A DNA stretch of 61,409 nt from Chiloscyllium plagiosum (lineage: Eukaryota): the NCBI RefSeq assembly GCF_004010195.1, contig NC_057757.1, positions 109,800 through 171,208 of the forward strand. The letters run 5' to 3'. This document shows positions 23,821-36,715 of this stretch, piece after piece. Within the stretch, counting starts at the first letter, position 1, and each line of letters starts with the position of its first letter. The position numbers and the translations under genes were made by a program. The notes beneath the pieces were generated by a model. It made no database searches. It saw only the letters and a list, made by a program, of their open reading frames with translations, and had not been told where the DNA came from.

Positions 23821-24662
23821 ATTTCTTATGGTCTTAAGGGCTGAGGTGATGGTAATTTAAAAGTTGTATGTAACATGAACTAAAAACCCTGAAGGCAACA
23901 TTTTGGAAGCAAGTGCTGCTTACAAAGGGGTTGAAGGTATTTACCATTCATGGGGAGAAGTAAATGAAACTATGAACATTTTTCTTGAAGCTATTCAGTA
24001 TATCTCCTTATTTTAAATAAAAATGTTAAAATTTCCTGTCCCAAGTGCTGTTTTTGCCTTAAAAGTTTAATTTCATAGAATCCCTACAATGTGGGAGCAG
24101 ACCATTTGGCCCATCAAGTCTAATGCATTCATGATTGAACCATGAGTGACATCATACATGAGGCTGATAACACGTTCACCCACAGCACAGGCATGGGCAC
24201 ACACATGGTTAGGCACAGGAATTCACTCGTACTCACACATGCACACACAGAAACATGAGCAAACAGACGCACTCTCACACAAAGGCATCTAAACAGATAA
24301 ACACAGAATTGTGACCATCAGGAGAGTGAGAGGTTATGGGAGACAGGCAGAAAAGTGATGCTAAGGCCACAGTGAGATCAGCCATGATCCTACTGAGGAA
24401 CAAGCAGGCTTGAGGAAGAAAACGGCCCACTCCTGTTCCTATTTCTTATCACCTTCTCATCACATACACACTGCAGCAGCCGAGACTGGATAGAAATCTA
24501 GAGGAGGATCATCACTGCCTGCCCTTTCCTCAGCCAACAGGCCAATTAAACACTACTTTGGACAACCACCTAACAATCTGAGAAAAGCAAACTGTTAAAA
24601 TACAGAAATAACAGCATAAGCCAATACTCCAGAGCAGAGCAGAGGATCTGATCGGACCTCAC

Positions 24663-24820
24663 CTGGTATGTATGAAGGCAGCACGTGCAAAGTGGGCTTT
24701 CCAGTTTTGACAACACTCAATGCAGTCTTGGAGAGTGACCTTACTCAAGTTGATGTGGCCATCAAATATCCTGTCCAATGAGATCTCTCCAGAGCACAGA
24801 CGAATTATTTCATTACTCAG
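24663..24820 (-). CDS. DNAH2: DNAH2 exon (LSNEIIRLCSGEISLDRIFDGH...CCQNWKAHFARAAFIHT)
   Basis: 158 bp, TTTTCAG acceptor, GTGAGG donor, phase 0 to 2. Within ORF 24659..24958. Confidence 0.94.
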
Positions 24821-26059
24821 CTGAAAAGAGACCGAGTGACAGACAAGAAGAATAGGTTCATTACTAACTGTATTCAGAGTGAAAACAATAAGGTCACGCA
24901 AGGTAAAGTGGGCCCGGTCACTGCAATTCAATTCATTGCATTGAACATGTATTTCCAACCATTATGGCGAGATGCTAATTTGCACAAAGTAATGCAAACC
25001 AAATCTTGTTTAAGCTAAAGAGTGTACAATCACGATAATCATACTCACAGCATAATCTGTTAAAATAAATCACCATTTCAAATTTACACAACCTATTTCC
25101 ACATCATGCATATTCCTTCATGTACTTTATTTACATAATTTATTTACACAATCTGGCACTTTAACTTCTGTAATCAATTAACATCATACTTCTAGCAGTG
25201 CCCTGAAATTTGGCACTTAAATGAGCATACAAAAGCTTCATGTGTTCTAACATTAGCCTTTCAATTATTTTGGTGATGTTAGGCCATTTACAGCACCTCT
25301 TTTCTCACAATAGAAGAATTTCACATAAATTTGTTCATAAGTCACACTTTAACATCTGAACAGCAACATTTGAAGGAATCCCAGCTTCAGAAATTTGTAC
25401 AACTGCAAAAATGATGCTTAATCATTGGAGCACACGGACAGATATGACACAACCAACTGCAGCTGAGCCACTGCTCCGGCACTTTGCAATTGCCTGGGTG
25501 AAGCTGATTCCATCTTGGCCCAGCTTCAACGTATTTACCATCACAACGGCAGTGAATAAAACACGAGGGAGCTTCCCAGATTTGCAAAATGTCTTTCTCT
25601 TCCCTAAAGGTAACTAAGTTCAGCTCAGTCCTGAAACCTTTGCAAAGAATGGGAGGGGGATGTTTCACAAAGCATTCCCTAATTTTATTCATCTTCCTTG
25701 CCTTGGTAAATAAACCAGAGAGAACCCCTGCTGTCTTTAAATCGTAACTCCCGCTCCCAGTTTTTTAATCACCAGATGTTGCTAGTAATGATTCTCATTT
25801 AGTCATTTTAGCTGCTATAGGCTACATTTTCCTTCTTGACTTTCCCCATTATCACTCCCTTTTTGCTTTTCGGCATCACCCTATCATTTAATCACTCCAT
25901 ATCATCGATCTTGCCTTTTGTTCTAACAAAGTCCTCACCCTCAGAACGCCCCTGTGCTTACACCTACAGCATTTCCCAGTTGCGATGAGGGGTTACCAAC
26001 CTGGATTCTCAACACTAACGTGGAAAACGCGAGTCAGTAAAATACCTCCCTTTGCTTAT

Positions 26060-26630
26060 TTGTACTTCTGTAAGGTACTAATTTGAGTTCAGTTTGAGAA
26101 ATGTGTCCAGTTGAGGGTGCCGCAGTTTAGGAAGAATGTGAAGGCATTAGAGAGTGTTCAGGAAACGTTTATGAGATGGTTCTAGGGACCAGGAATTCCC
26201 ATTATGAAGATGAATTGGAGAAGCTGTGATTGTTCTCCTTGGAAAAGAAAAGGCTGAGATGAAATCTGATTGAAATATTGAAAATCAGGAGAGACTGGGC
26301 AGTGTAAACAGAAAGAAAACATTACCACACTAAAAGGATCAAGAATAAGATGACACACATTTTAAAGTTATTATTACAAGAATACAAAGTGGCACGATGA
26401 ATAACTTTTTCGCACAGTAAGTGGTTCACTGCTGGAATGCACTGCCTGTGAGTGCGATGACAAAGTACTAAAGAGATATTCTAAAGGGTGTTAGATGTTT
26501 ATTTGGCAAAGAATAATGTGCAAGGTTACGTGGGAAAGGCAGGGGCTTTGCTGTAGGTGAGATGCTTATTTGGTGAACTAGCACAGAAATGACGGGCTGA
26601 AGGGCCTCCTGAAGTGTAACAGTTCTGTGA
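26060..26630 (+). mobile_element. Old CR1 3' fragment
   Basis: Degenerate ALESVQ and RLR-LI motifs with a GGGCTGAAGGGCCTCCT tail. Confidence 0.7.
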
Positions 26631-27599
26631 TTCTCTCTGTCTGCAATAGGTCAATGGTCAATGGGCATGGAATTACCAAGCATGGTAGGGTGGAGTGGTG
26701 CTGCAATGAGGAGCCACAAATCAGGGCCAGGGCACTCAAATTCACTCGAAAACTAAAGGCTGGCCACAATCTCTGAAAATGCCAGAGGACTGGGCCAGTC
26801 ACATTTCCCCTATCAAGGTGGCCAGGTTACCAATACTGCCTCATGACTTCTCCCCCAGTTTTATCAGGCACAGGAAATCCTGGAGATTTGGGAATCATTG
26901 CCATTTCTGAAGAACTCCCTCATCATCCTGCGACAATTCAGGCCAATAGCTCTTCCTCTCTCTCCATGGCTGCTACCTGACCAGCAGAGTGTTTACACTG
27001 CTAGTGACTTTAGATGTTTTCAACCTGTCTGTATACCCTGCCACTGTGAATCCTTGCAGGTCACCAATGGCGTTTCAATGGCACACTAAAACCCAAGCAC
27101 CACATCTCCTCTCAACCCGCATGAACCAGCACATCAGGCCAAATTTAACAGGAGAAAATTGGGGGTAAATCAGAAATGGCAGCATGGTGAAATGCTGCAC
27201 TAAAAGCTTGATAATTTAAGAAAAATGTAAAGATTGAGGGGTATAAAGTTCTTTGAGGGCCTGCAAATGAATTAAACATTGGCAATAAATTGATCTTGGT
27301 TTTGAATGAGGTGTAACGGAAGGAAGATTATTTGGAACACAGGTAGAGGAGAAAGCCATTTCAACCCTTGAGCCTATTCCATATATTTAGGTCTTTGTTG
27401 ATCTGTATCTCAACTTCATTTACCTGCCTGGGCTGCATTGCCCTTAATTCCCTTACCTAACAAAACGTGTTAATCTCAGTTCTGAAATTCCGTGCATTTC
27501 CTGCTCAAGCCTCTTGAACTGATGACCTACTGCATTCAGTGGCAACATATCAGCCACTGAGCCCTAGCCAGCTACATGGTCAGCTCTGGCTTTACTCAC

Positions 27600-27791
27600 T
27601 TTACGGAAGAGCGCGGTGATGCGATCCCGGGTGTTGTAGAACTTTGAGTTAACCCAGATGATCCGGATGAGGTTGAGGATGTGAGGCAGCTTGGCTGGAA
27701 TGTCTTTGACTTTCAGCTTCACCAGCTCCCCACAGGGACTCGTGAGGACAGACAGGAAGCTGAGGTTTGACTGGGCCTGCGAACGTCCATC
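27600..27791 (-). CDS. DNAH2: DNAH2 exon (DGRSQAQSNLSFLSVL...LIRIIWVNSKFYNTRDRITALFRK)
   Basis: 192 bp, AG/GTGAGT, phase 0/0. Follows a 26.8-kb intron (27792-54626). Confidence 0.95.
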
Positions 27792-28601
27792 CTGAATGCA
27801 AAAAAAAATTCAATAAATTACAAAAGCAGGACAAAACACAAAAATTCAACGCCACTCAAAAGGGAACCGAAACAGCATCTTTGTAGCAGAAATCCATTTC
27901 CAAGGTTTCTCACAGAGGGGAGAATGAACCCAGAGGGCAAGAATAGAGGGATGGGGTAGGCGAGGAAGGCAATTCAAAAGATGGGTTGTTACGGAGGTGG
28001 GCAGTGATGGAATAGACGGGGGGTGGGCTTGACAAGAGCTCTTCAAAGTGTGGAGGCGAGATAGCTGACAGGTTTCAGCCACGTTTTTAGAAAAGTCATA
28101 TCTTTATGCTCTATGGAGAGAATTTAAGATTTAAATGGCCATGTTATTTTTATAATTGCATATTTAAAGAACTGCATTAGGAATACATTACTGTCTCATC
28201 AATCTAATGAAGTGAACAGTGCGACGATCTAATTGTTTGCCCATCCAGAAAAGAAAATCACTCAGGGTATGGATGTTTAATTTGTCAGACATACTGACAC
28301 AGCTATCAAAGCATTTACCAGGGATTGGAAACTCAGAAACTTCAGCAGCCACAGCTTTTTGCTGGAGAGAGTTCCGAACTTCCACTACTCCTTTGTGTGA
28401 GGGATAGCTTTCCACCATCGCTCTTGAACAGCCTGATTCTAATTTTAAGATTATAACCCCATGTTATTGTTTCCTTTGTAGCTGGCCTCTTCCAGTCCTA
28501 CCAAACCTGTGAATCATTTTAAAACTGAAGCATATACTGTACATCTGGGAGCATGATTGCAGGACACTGCGGAGGCCAGCATGGCCTGAAAGGCTTAGGT
28601 A

Positions 28602-28700
28602 AAGGATTCCTGAAGAAGGGCTCATGCCCGAAACGTTGATTCTCCTGCTCCTTGGATGCTGCCTGACGTGCTGCACTTTTCCAGCAACACATTTTCAGCT
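28602..28700 (+). mobile_element. Mini PLE-derived insert with an intact hammerhead-like core and a 16-bp target duplication
   Basis: CTGAAAGGCTTAGGTA at 28586-28601 and 28701-28716. Core CTGAAGA-AGGGCTCATGCCC-GAAACGTT. Confidence 0.88.
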
Positions 28701-29218
28701 CTGAAAGGCTTAGGTAGCCAGGGCTGAGAATTTCAGCTTTATTTCCTGGGGGCGAAGTGATGCTGCAGAGAATCAGTTGAAGTTGACAGTCATTGGTGGG
28801 CAATAGCTTTACTGGACTTGATCAAAAATAGGAAGCAGGTGGCCAAGTTCAAGAGGATTTGAGAATTTCTGCAGGGAGAGGCCATACAGCTTGTAAAGTG
28901 TGTTGTTAAGAGTAGAGGTGATAAGTACGAGAGTTCGAGTGCAGTTGGAGAAATCTAGAAATGCAAGAAGTGCTTAGTTCTGTCTTTACAGAAGAAGACA
29001 TAAAAACTGCAGAAATGAAGGGAACTGAAAACTGTTAAATCCCAGAACCTGGATAATTGAGATCCAGGTACTAATGGTCATGTCCAGTCAAGTAAAAGGA
29101 CAGATTAGTTGTCAGCTCTCAAAATCCTTTTAATTCTGGAACAATCCCAGTAAATTAGAGGTTGTGAAATATAACCTCACTGTTTAAAAAAGGAAAACAT
29201 GGACTTATTGATTAATTA

Positions 29219-30367
29219 GAGACAAAGAAACTGCAGATGCTGGAATCCAAAGTAGACAGGCAGGAGGCTGGAAGAACAGGCAGCTTCAGAAGGTGGAGAA
29301 CTCAACGTTTCGGGTGTAACCCTTCTTCAGGACAGGGAGTGGGTGTAGGGTGAGCTGCAGATAAAGGGGGTGGCGGAGGCAGGTGGTGAAGTGGGGATAG
29401 GTGAAGACAGGCAGAGGGTATGACCTGGCTGGTCAATGGGAGGAATGGATCAGGTAGGTGGCAGGGAGCAGTGGAAGGGAGAGTGAGGGGCTGGGAATGG
29501 AGTCGGGGGATGGGAATGGAGGCTATTTGAAATTGGAGAACTCAATGTTGAGTCCTCCAGGCTGTAGGCTGGGAAGTAGGCGGCAGATGAGGTGTTGTTC
29601 CTCCAATTTGCGATTTGTTTTGTTGTTGCAAGAATGGTCATGTTGGAAAGGGAGTGGGGAAGGAGAATTGAAATGGGCAGTGACTGGGGGGGTCTGGTTG
29701 GCCCCTGCAGGCCAGGCTGAGATGCTCAGTGAACCGTTCCCTGAGTTTATGTTTGGTCTCCCCATTGTAGAAAAGACCACACCGGGAACACCTGATGGAG
29801 TAAACTAGGTTGGAGGAGAGGCAGGCGAACCTCTGTCTCACCTGGAAGGACTGTTTGGGGCCCATGATGGAAGTGAGGAGGGTGGTGTACCGGCAGGTTT
29901 GCATCTTTTCCGGTTGCAGGGGAAGGTACCTGAGGGTTCGGGATGGGGTTGGTGGGAAGAGTGGCACAAACCAAGGTTTGTCAAAGGGAACAGTCCTTGT
30001 GGAAGGGAGAGAGGGGTGGGGAGGGGAACGTGTGCTTGGCACTAGGGTCTAGTTGGAGTTGGCAGTAGTGTTAAAGGATGATGCGTTGAATGCGGAGACT
30101 AGTGGGGTCGTAGGTGAGGACAAGGGGGACTCTGACCCCCTGCCACCTACCTGATCCATTCCTCCCATTGACCAACCAGGTCGTACCCTCTACCTGTCTT
30201 CCCCTAGCCCCAATTCACCACCCTGCCTCCGTCACCCCCTTTATCTGCAGCTCCCCCTAAACGGACCCCCAGTCCTGAAGAAGGGTTACACCTGAAACAT
30301 CGACGTCTCCACCTCCTGATGCTGCCTTGCTTGCTGTGTTCTTTCCAGCCTCCTACCTGTCAACTTA
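29219..30367 (-). mobile_element. Neptune-type Penelope-like element: GIY-YIG remnant between inverted terminal repeats of about 220 bp
   Basis: ORFs 29638..30042 (NLVYSIRCSRCGLFYNGETKHKLRERFTEH) and 29523..29780 (HFNSPS...LEEQHLI...GLNIEFSNF). About 29250-29465 is the reverse complement of 30137-30366. Confidence 0.9.
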
Positions 30368-30504
30368 CAGATTAGTTAGCCTGACATCAGGAATAGGGGA
30401 AAATGGTAGAGTTTACTTTAATTTGATTTGATTTGATTTATTGTAGTCACATGTACCTAAGTACAGTGAAAGGTTTTTTTTCTGTGAGCAGTATAGGCAG
30501 ATCA

Positions 30505-30877
30505 GAGCAAACAAGGGCCTAAACAGTGTTTCCTGGTGAAGCAGCATTTCACCTGGACCTCCTCCAATCTTGTGGATTGTATTCGCTGCACCCAATGTGG
30601 CCTTCTCTACATTGGAGAAACCAAACACAGGCTGGGTGACTGCTTTGTGCAACAGCTCTGGTCTGCGCACAAGCATGACCCTGACCTTCCCATAGCCGAT
30701 CATTTAACATACTGTCCTGTACCTGTCTGTCCTCAGCAATTTGCAGTGTTCCAGTGAAACACAGCACAAACTAGAGAAACAACATCTCATTTTCAGACTG
30801 GGCACTTTACAACCTTCTGGACTTGATATTGAGATCAACACTTTCAAACTGTGAACCATTTTCTTTTAGTTTGTTAT
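30505..30877 (+). mobile_element. Neptune-type PLE GIY-YIG fragment; its 3' end resumes at about 44625-44935 after the Gypsy insertion
   Basis: ORF 30536..30757 CIRCTQCGLLYIGETKHRLGD. pLTR-like GACTCGAAACATTAGC...GGATGCTGTCTGACC at 44855-44905. Confidence 0.85.
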
Positions 30878-31652
30878 TGTTATGAAGCTGAAAGCATGTA
30901 GGTTTATTTTAAAACAGAAAGTGTTTTCTGAATTTTGAAGTAAACTTCAAGTACAGGTTCAGTTGCCCAAAGGGAAAGGCTGGGAGATGGGCTGTTCCAA
31001 AATAGATACATGGAACAATTGGCTGTGAAATGGATATCTGAGGTTCGGTTGCTGTTTTGACAATTCGAATTTTAGAATACTAAAACCCAATTGAGTTTGA
31101 ATTTATTGTTTTGACGACATTGGACCAATGAGATGGTACAATCTTAGGTAGGTATAAAAAAGAACAGGGGCATTTTGAAAATTGGTCAGAGAGGAACTGC
31201 CATTGATCAGCCGAGCAAATGCCGTAGAGCCAGAGAGCTGCCTGCCCATCTAACATCTTGCTCTCTATCAAAGGGATCTTTTCATGTAAAACAGACTCAC
31301 AGTAAAAAGAGAGAAGATGACCCAGGGAGATCAGCAGAAGGAAGATTAAAGACTGCAGAAAAGACAGAGATTGTGTGGTTAAGGTGATGTTTAATAAGTG
31401 TGTTTCTGAAACAGTATTTTTTATGGAGCTGGGTTAGATAGTCAGTAGTTAAGAAAAAGGGGGCTTGGATTTTGTGAATACTTTTTGTTTAGTGGTCACT
31501 ATTAGCATTTGAAAAATAAACTGTTATTTTTCTTTAAATAGTGTAAATTATTCTCTGTCACTTACATTTTAACAGATTCTGAGGCAATGCAAGCTTTTCT
31601 GGGTTTCTGGTTTTACTTAACAGAGGGGTTTGACTTCTGCATTATAACAGTT

Positions 31653-31672
31653 TGGGGGCTTGTTTTCCGGGA
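31653..31672 (+). promoter_or_regulatory. Primer binding site, tRNA-Pro-like (degenerate)
   Basis: TGGGGGCTTGTTTTCCGGGA just after the 5' LTR, versus canonical TGGGGGCTCGTCCGGGAT. Confidence 0.75.
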
Positions 31673-32232
31673 TTTGGACAGGTTGAGATGGATCTGGATG
31701 GATTTGAACCAATTTGGGGTAAGAAAGATCCCAGAAGATTTAAACACTTGGCGATTAGTGTCCTAGATCATTAAATAAAACTTGGGTGAGAAAATTAGTT
31801 TAATTTTGGTTACTTGTGGTTGGTTAAATTAAAAGTGAGGGAAATGGCTCTTAAGATTGCTAAAGAGCTTCTGGGATTTGAAGATGCTTCCCAAATTTGC
31901 CAAGAAAGTTTAGAAAGACAGAGGAAGGATACACTTTATAAGGAGCAAACAGGTTAGAATTAAGTCTAACCAGGGACAAAGGGAAAGCTGAAATTGTAAT
32001 GGAGTTGGTGACACACTCAGGTGCATCAGAGAAACAGACAAGTGCAGTAAAGTTAGAAAACTTAAAATACAAATGAGGCAACTGGAGTTAGAAGATAGAT
32101 ACAGGGAAAGAAGAGCCATGTTAGAAGATAAAGAAAGGGAGAGAAGGTTCTTAGCTGAGCAAAAAGAAAAAGAAAGATAAAGATAGAGAGAAGAAAGAGA
32201 GACAGAATAAAAAGAAGAGAGAGAGAAGGTTA

Positions 32233-35200
32233 TGTGCGCTGGATTGATAAGGTGACTAGTCTTTCTTTCTTTTAGTTTATCAGTAGGCATGTTGGGAATT
32301 TAAAATACTGGGAATGGAGGTTAGGGAAGTGGAATGTTTCTCCTGCAGAATGTGCAAGGTAAGAGTCACCACTAGTGTCCCTACTGACTGCATCTGCGGA
32401 AACTGCACCCAACTCCAGCTCCTGGAAAACTGGAGCTGGAGCTCGATGAACTTCGGATCATTCGGGAGGTGAAGGGGGTTATTGAGAGGAGTTACAGGGA
32501 GGTAGTCACACCTCAAGTACAACAAGAAGGAAGATGGGTTATCGTTAGGGGATGGAAAGGAAACCGGCAGGCAGTGCAGGGATCCCTTGTGGCTGTTCCC
32601 CTCAACAACAAGTATACTGTTTTGGATACTGTTGGGGGGAATGACTTGCCAGGGGTTAGCAATGGGGCACAGGTCTCTGGCACAGAGTCTCTCCCTGTTA
32701 CTCAGAAGGGAAGGGGGAAGAGGAGCAGAGCAGTAGTCATTGGGGACTCCATAGTTAGGGGGACAGATAGAAAGTTCTGTGGGAATGAGGGAGACTCATG
32801 GTTGGTGTGTTGCCTCCCAGGTGCCAGGGTTCATGATGCCTATGATTGTGTTTTTGGGATCCTTGCGGGGGAGGGGGAGCAGCCCCAAGTCGTGGTTCAC
32901 ATTGGCACCAACAACATAGGGAGCAAGAGAGATAGGGATTGAAGGCAGAAATTCAGGGAGCTAGGGTGGAAGCTTAGAGCTGGGACAAACAGAGTTGTTA
33001 TTGTGGTTCTGTTTGCTGAGCTGGGAATGTGAGTTGCAGACGTTTCGTCCCCTGTCTAGGTGACATCCTCAGTGCTTGGGAGCCTCCTGTGAAGCGCTTC
33101 TGTGATCTTTCCTCCGGCATTTGTAGTGGTTTGAATCTGCCGCTTCCGGTTGTCAGTTCCAGCTGTCCGTTGCAGTGGCCGGTATATTGGGTCCAGATCG
33201 ATGTGCTTATTGATTGAATCTGTGGATGAGTGCCATGCCTCTAGGAATTCCCTGGCTGTTATCTATTTGGCTTGTCCTATAATAGTAGTGTGGTCCCAGT
33301 CGAATTCATGTTGCTTGTCATCTGCGTGTGTGGCTACTAAGGATAGCTGGTCATGTCGTTTCGTGGCTAGTTGGTGTTCATGGATGCGGATCGTTAGCTG
33401 TTATTGTTAGTTGTTACCTCTGGTTTGTTGCTCATGCCACGTGCTAGTGAGGCCAGGTATAGGGAGAGAGAGGAGTTGAATACATGGCTATAGGGATGGT
33501 GCAGGAGGGAGGGTTTTGGATACCTGGATAATTAGGGCTCATTCTGGGGTAGGTGGGACCTTTACAAAGAAGATGGTCAACATCTGAACCAGAGGGGGTA
33601 CAATATCCTGCAGTGGGGGAAATTTGCTAATGATCTTCGGGTGGTTTAAATTAATTCAGCAGGGGGATAGGAACCAAAATTGTAGTTCAAGTAGAGAGGA
33701 GGTTGAGAGTAAGGAGGTTCGAAATAAGGTTTTAGGGTTGCAAGAGGACACTGGCAAGCAGGAAATTGGTTTCAAGTGTGTCTATTTCAACAGCAGGAGC
33801 ATCCGGAATAAGGCGGGTGAACTTGCAGCATGGGTCAGTACCTGGGATTTCACCATTGTGGCCATTTCAGAGACATGGGTAGGGCAGGGACAAGAATGGT
33901 TATTACAGGTTCCTGGATTTAGATGTTTCAGTAAGAACAGAGAAGATGGTGAAGGCGGGGGGGGGGCGGAGTGTGGCATTGTTAGTCAAGGACAGTCTTA
34001 CTGCTGCAGAAAGGACGTTTGCGGTCTCATCTACTGAGGTAGAATGGGCTAAGATTAGAAACAGGAAGGGAGAGGTTACCCTGTTGGGAATTTTCTATAG
34101 GCCTCCAAATAGTTCAAGAGATTTAGAGGTAAGGATAGCAAAGATGAATCTTGATAGGAGTGACAGTGACAGGGTAGTTATTATGGCGGACTTCCACTTT
34201 CCAAATACTGACTGGGAATACGATAGTTCAAGTATTTTAGATGGGTCAGTTTTTGTCCATTGTGTGCAGGAGGGTTTCCTGACACAGGTCAACAAGGGGC
34301 GAGGCCACATTGGATTTGGTACTGGGTAGTGAACCTGGCCAGGTGTTAGACTTGGAGGTAAGTGAGCACTTTGGTGATAGTGACCACAATTCAGCTATGT
34401 TTACTTTAGTGATGGAAAGGAATAGCTATACACCAGAGGGCAAGGGCTACAGCTGGGGGAAAGACAATTACATTGTGATTAGAGAAGATTTAGGATGCAT
34501 AGGATAGGGAAGGAAACTGCAGGGAATGGGCACTATAGAAATGTGGAGCTTATTCAAGGATCACCTACTATGTGTTCTTGATAAATATGTACCTGTCAAA
34601 CTGGGAGGAAGTTGTTGAGCATCAGTAGAACGATGGGTTAGTAAATGTGTAGACGACACTATGGTCGGTACAGTGAATAGTGCCGAAGGATGTTATAGGC
34701 TACAGAGGGACATAGATAAGCTGCAAAGCTGTGCTGAGAGGTGGTTTTCTAAGGGTATCTTGTCAAGAGGAAAAAGGCAGCTTATGTTAGGATGAGATGT
34801 GAAGGCTCAGTTAGGGCGATTGAGAGTTACAAAGTAACCATAAAGACCAAAACAGTGAGCTAAGACGAGCTAGGAGGGTGCATGAGATGTTGTTGGCGGA
34901 TATGATCAGGGAAAACTTTCTATAGGTATATCAGGAATAAAAGAATGACTAGAGTAAGATTAGGGCCAATCAAGGACAGTAGTGGGAAGTTGTGTGTGGA
35001 GTCCGAGGAGATGGGAAAGCGCTAAATTAATATTTTTCAACAGTATTCACACAGGAAAAAAAAAACGTTGACGAGGAGAATACCAAGATACAGGCTATTA
35101 GAATAGATGGCATTGAGATTCACAAGGAGGAGGTGGTAGCAATTCTGGAAAGTGTGAAAATAGATAAGTCCCCTGGGCTGGACGGGATTTATCCTAGGAT

Positions 35201-36715
35201 TCTCTGGGAAGCCAGGGAAGAGATTGCCGAGCCTTTGGCTTTGATCTTTATGTCGTCATTGTCTACAGGAATAGTGCCAGAAGACTGGAGGATAGCAAAT
35301 GTTGTCCCCTTGTTCAAGAAGGGGAGTAGAGACAACTCTGGTAATTATAGACCAGAGAGCCTTACTTCGGTTGTGGGTTAAGTGTTGAAAAAGGTTATAA
35401 GAGATAGGATTTATAATCATCTCAAAAGGAATAAGTTGATTAAGGATAGTCAGCATAGTTTTGTGAAGGGTAAGTTGTGCCTCACTAACTTTATTGAATT
35501 CTTTGAGAAGGTGACCAAACAGGTGGATGAGGGTAAAGTGGTTGATGTGGTGTATATAGATTTCAGTAAGGCATTTGATAAGGTTCCCCACAGTAGGCTA
35601 TCGCACAAAATACAGAGGCATGGGATTGAGGGCAATTTAGAGGTTTGGATCAGAAATTGGCTAGCTGGAAGAAGACAGAGGGTGGTGGTTGATGAGAAAT
35701 GTTCATCCTGCAGTTCAGATACTAGTGTGTACTGCAAGGATCTGTTTTGGATCCACTGCTGTTTGTCATTTTCATAAATGACCTGGACGAGGGCGTAGAA
35801 CGATGGGTTAGTAAATGTGTGGACGACACTATGGTCGGTACAGTGAATAGTGCCGAAGGATGTTATAGGCTACAGAGGGACATAGATAAGCTGCAAAGCT
35901 GTGCTGAGAGGTGGCAAATGGAGTTTAATGCAGAAAAGTGTGAGGTGATCCTCTTTGGAAGGAATAACAGGAATGCAGAGTACTGGGCGAATGGTAACAT
36001 TCTTGGTGGTATAGATGAGCAGAGAGATCTCGGTGTCCACGTACAAAGATCCCTCAAAGTTGCCACTCAGGTTGATAAGGTTGTTAAGAAGGCATACTGT
36101 GTATTCACTTTTATTAGTAGAGGGATTGAGTATCAGAGCCACAAGATCATGCTGCAGCTGTACAAAACTCTGGTGCAACCACATTTGGAGTATTGCGTGC
36201 AGTTCTGGTCACCGCATTATAGGAAGGCTGTGAAAGCTTTGGAAAGGGTACAGAGGAGATTTACGAGGATGTTGCCTGGTACGGAGGGAAGGTATTACGA
36301 GGAAAGATTGAGGGACTCGAGGCTGTTTTCATTAGAGAGAAGAAAGTTGAGAAGTGATTTAGTTGAGACATATATGATAATCAGAGGGTTAGATAGGGTG
36401 GACAGGGAGAGCCTTTTTCCAAGTATGGTGACGGCGAGCACGAGGGGACATAGCTTTAAATTGAGGGGTGATAGATATAGGACAGATGTCAGAGGTAGTT
36501 TTTTGACTCAGAGAGTAGGAGGGGCATGGAACACACTGGCTGCAACAGTTGTAGACTCGCCAACTTTACAGGCATTTACATGGTCATTGGATAGGCATAT
36601 GGACGAAACTGAAATAGTGTAGGTTAGATGGGCTTCAGATTGGTTTTACAGGGCAGTGCAACATCAAGGGCCAAAGGGCCTGTACTGTTCTGTAATATTC
36701 CATGTTCGGTGTTCT
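32233..36715 (+). mobile_element. Near full-length CR1 LINE (ORF1 zinc finger plus SGNH esterase; ORF2 APE-RT) inserted in Gypsy gag
   Basis: ORF1 CFSC...CGNC and VIGDSIVRG...VHIGTNN. ORF2 NSRSIRNK, ISETW, YRPP, SDHN, KSPG, YIDFSKAFD; ORF 35747..36622. Multiple stops and frameshifts. Confidence 0.94.
33002..33400 (-). mobile_element. Poseidon/Penelope-type PLE 3' fragment with an intact hammerhead-like motif (33036-33075)
   Basis: Minus translation ...HADDKQHEFDWDHTTIIGQAK...AREFLEAWHSSTDSINKHIDLDPIY (GIY-YIG C-terminus). GCA-CTGAGGA-TGTCACCTAGACAGGGGAC-GAAA-CGTC-TGC. Confidence 0.85.

Noticed and set aside
35747..36622. 291-aa CR1 RT ORF as an active or domesticated gene
   Set aside because: Upstream ORF2 has stops and frameshifts, and the motif reads KCVDD rather than KFADD. 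It is a decayed copy.
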